Notes under the pieces: generated by a model
Databases searched by the model: none
Seen by the model: the letters and a program-made list of their open reading frames with translations, nothing else
Told to the model about the DNA's origin: nothing
Assembly: GCA_041946865.1 (NCBI GenBank)
Contig: JBHGBF010000001.1
Location: forward strand, 51,338 to 115,337
DNA from: Acidobacteriota bacterium
GTDB taxonomy: Bacteria > Acidobacteriota > UBA6911 > RPQK01
DNA length: 64,000 nt
Direction of reading: 5' to 3'
In this document: positions 63,741-64,000 of the stretch, piece after piece
Numbering within the stretch: position 1 is the stretch's first letter
How the letters are laid out: each line of letters opens with the position of its first letter
Program-made: the position numbers and the translations under genes

Positions 63741-64000
63741 ATGAAGCGGTGGGCAAAATCCAATCGGACCAGTGCCGAACTCCGTATCCTGATCTTGGTG
63801 GGACTCGCGACTGTCCCTTACGGGAAAGATCGCTTCCCGCTTTCGGTTGGGAAGCTGTCGCGGGACAGCGGATTAACCCGACGAACCGTTGAAAAGGCCC
63901 TGAACTCACTGCTCGGAACCGGCTGGCTGGTCAAGCACGGGGTCACCACCGTCAAAGTGGGGAATCAAAATTACAGAGTCTCCGTTTTGAGCATAGGCAC
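63741..64000 (+). CDS. Partial ORF (runs off window), winged-helix-like DNA-binding protein; possible replication/regulatory protein of the element
   Basis: ATG at 63741 preceded by GGAGGA. MKRWAKSNRTSAELRILILVGLATVPYGKDRFPLSVGKLSRDSGLTRRTVEKALNSLLGTGWLVKHG has an HTH-like LSRDSGLTRRTVEKAL. No stop within the window. Confidence 0.4.
   Translation, partial: MKRWAKSNRTSAELRILILVGLATVPYGKDRFPLSVGKLSRDSGLTRRTVEKALNSLLGTGWLVKHGVTTVKVGNQNYRVSVLSIG

Larger units (their letters stand above)
61272..64000. mobile_element. Left end of a putative integrated element (tRNA-Ile 3' fragment boundary, lower-GC cargo with iterons, excisionase-family HTH, DUF3820/J-like protein); continues beyond window
   Basis: tRNA fragment orientation places element DNA on the high-coordinate side. 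Visible GC drop and AT-rich repeats at 62.6 kb. Small phage-like ORFs follow. The integrase was not seen and presumably lies beyond 64000. Confidence 0.45.

Noticed and set aside
1-64000. CRISPR arrays, rRNA genes, restriction-modification or known phage-defence systems
   Set aside because: No regularly spaced direct repeats, no rRNA-like conserved stretches, and no ORFs with nuclease/methylase/ATPase defence-system signatures were seen. The only repeat array (62607-62710) is too short and irregular for CRISPR.

Overview
High-GC bacterial chromosomal segment. Gene content (CarboxypepD_reg-type TonB receptor, winged-helix regulator with TolB-like beta-propeller) suggests an Acidobacteria-like organism, which is inference only. 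About 46 kb is a motility supercluster. It starts at the 3' end of flhB, followed by flhA-flhF-flhG-fliA-fliM-fliN and an unknown membrane protein with an HTH. Then come flgF-flgG-flgA-flgH-flgI-flgJ(M23 fusion), and a sigma28-driven flgM-flgN-flgK-flgL-fliW-csrA operon. A ~13.6 kb minus-strand flagellin-glycosylation operon runs convergently into csrA. It contains Maf, pseB, pseC, a NeuB/PseI-like synthase, a cytidylyltransferase, a class-III aminotransferase, an aldo-keto reductase, PseG, two pyruvyl-transferase-like paralogs and an ATP-grasp enzyme. A divergent plus-strand module follows: Fe-ADH, a split TPP decarboxylase and a second NeuB with a SAF domain. Next come fliT?-fliS-fliD-flaG and three tandem flagellin genes, each with a conserved CsrA-type 5'UTR. 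After these are a two-REC response regulator, CheX, an EAL-HDOD protein, flbD-motA-motB and a hybrid GAF histidine kinase. The remaining ~14 kb holds an erythromycin-esterase family protein, an AraC/XylR regulator with a repeated operator motif upstream of itself and upstream of a large TonB-dependent receptor, a secreted FAD oxidoreductase, a winged-helix/WD40 regulator, and two orphan FtsX/MacB-type permeases. At ~61.27 kb a 3' fragment of tRNA-Ile(GAU) marks the edge of a lower-GC integrated element. That element carries GTCTTA iterons, an excisionase-family HTH, and a DUF3820-like protein with a J-domain-like HPD motif. Candidate sigma54 promoters (TGGCAT-N5-TTGCT) precede flhA and flgF. 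Near-consensus sigma28 promoters precede flgM and the response-regulator/cheX operon. Coordinates of short motifs were read by eye and may be off by 1-2 nt.
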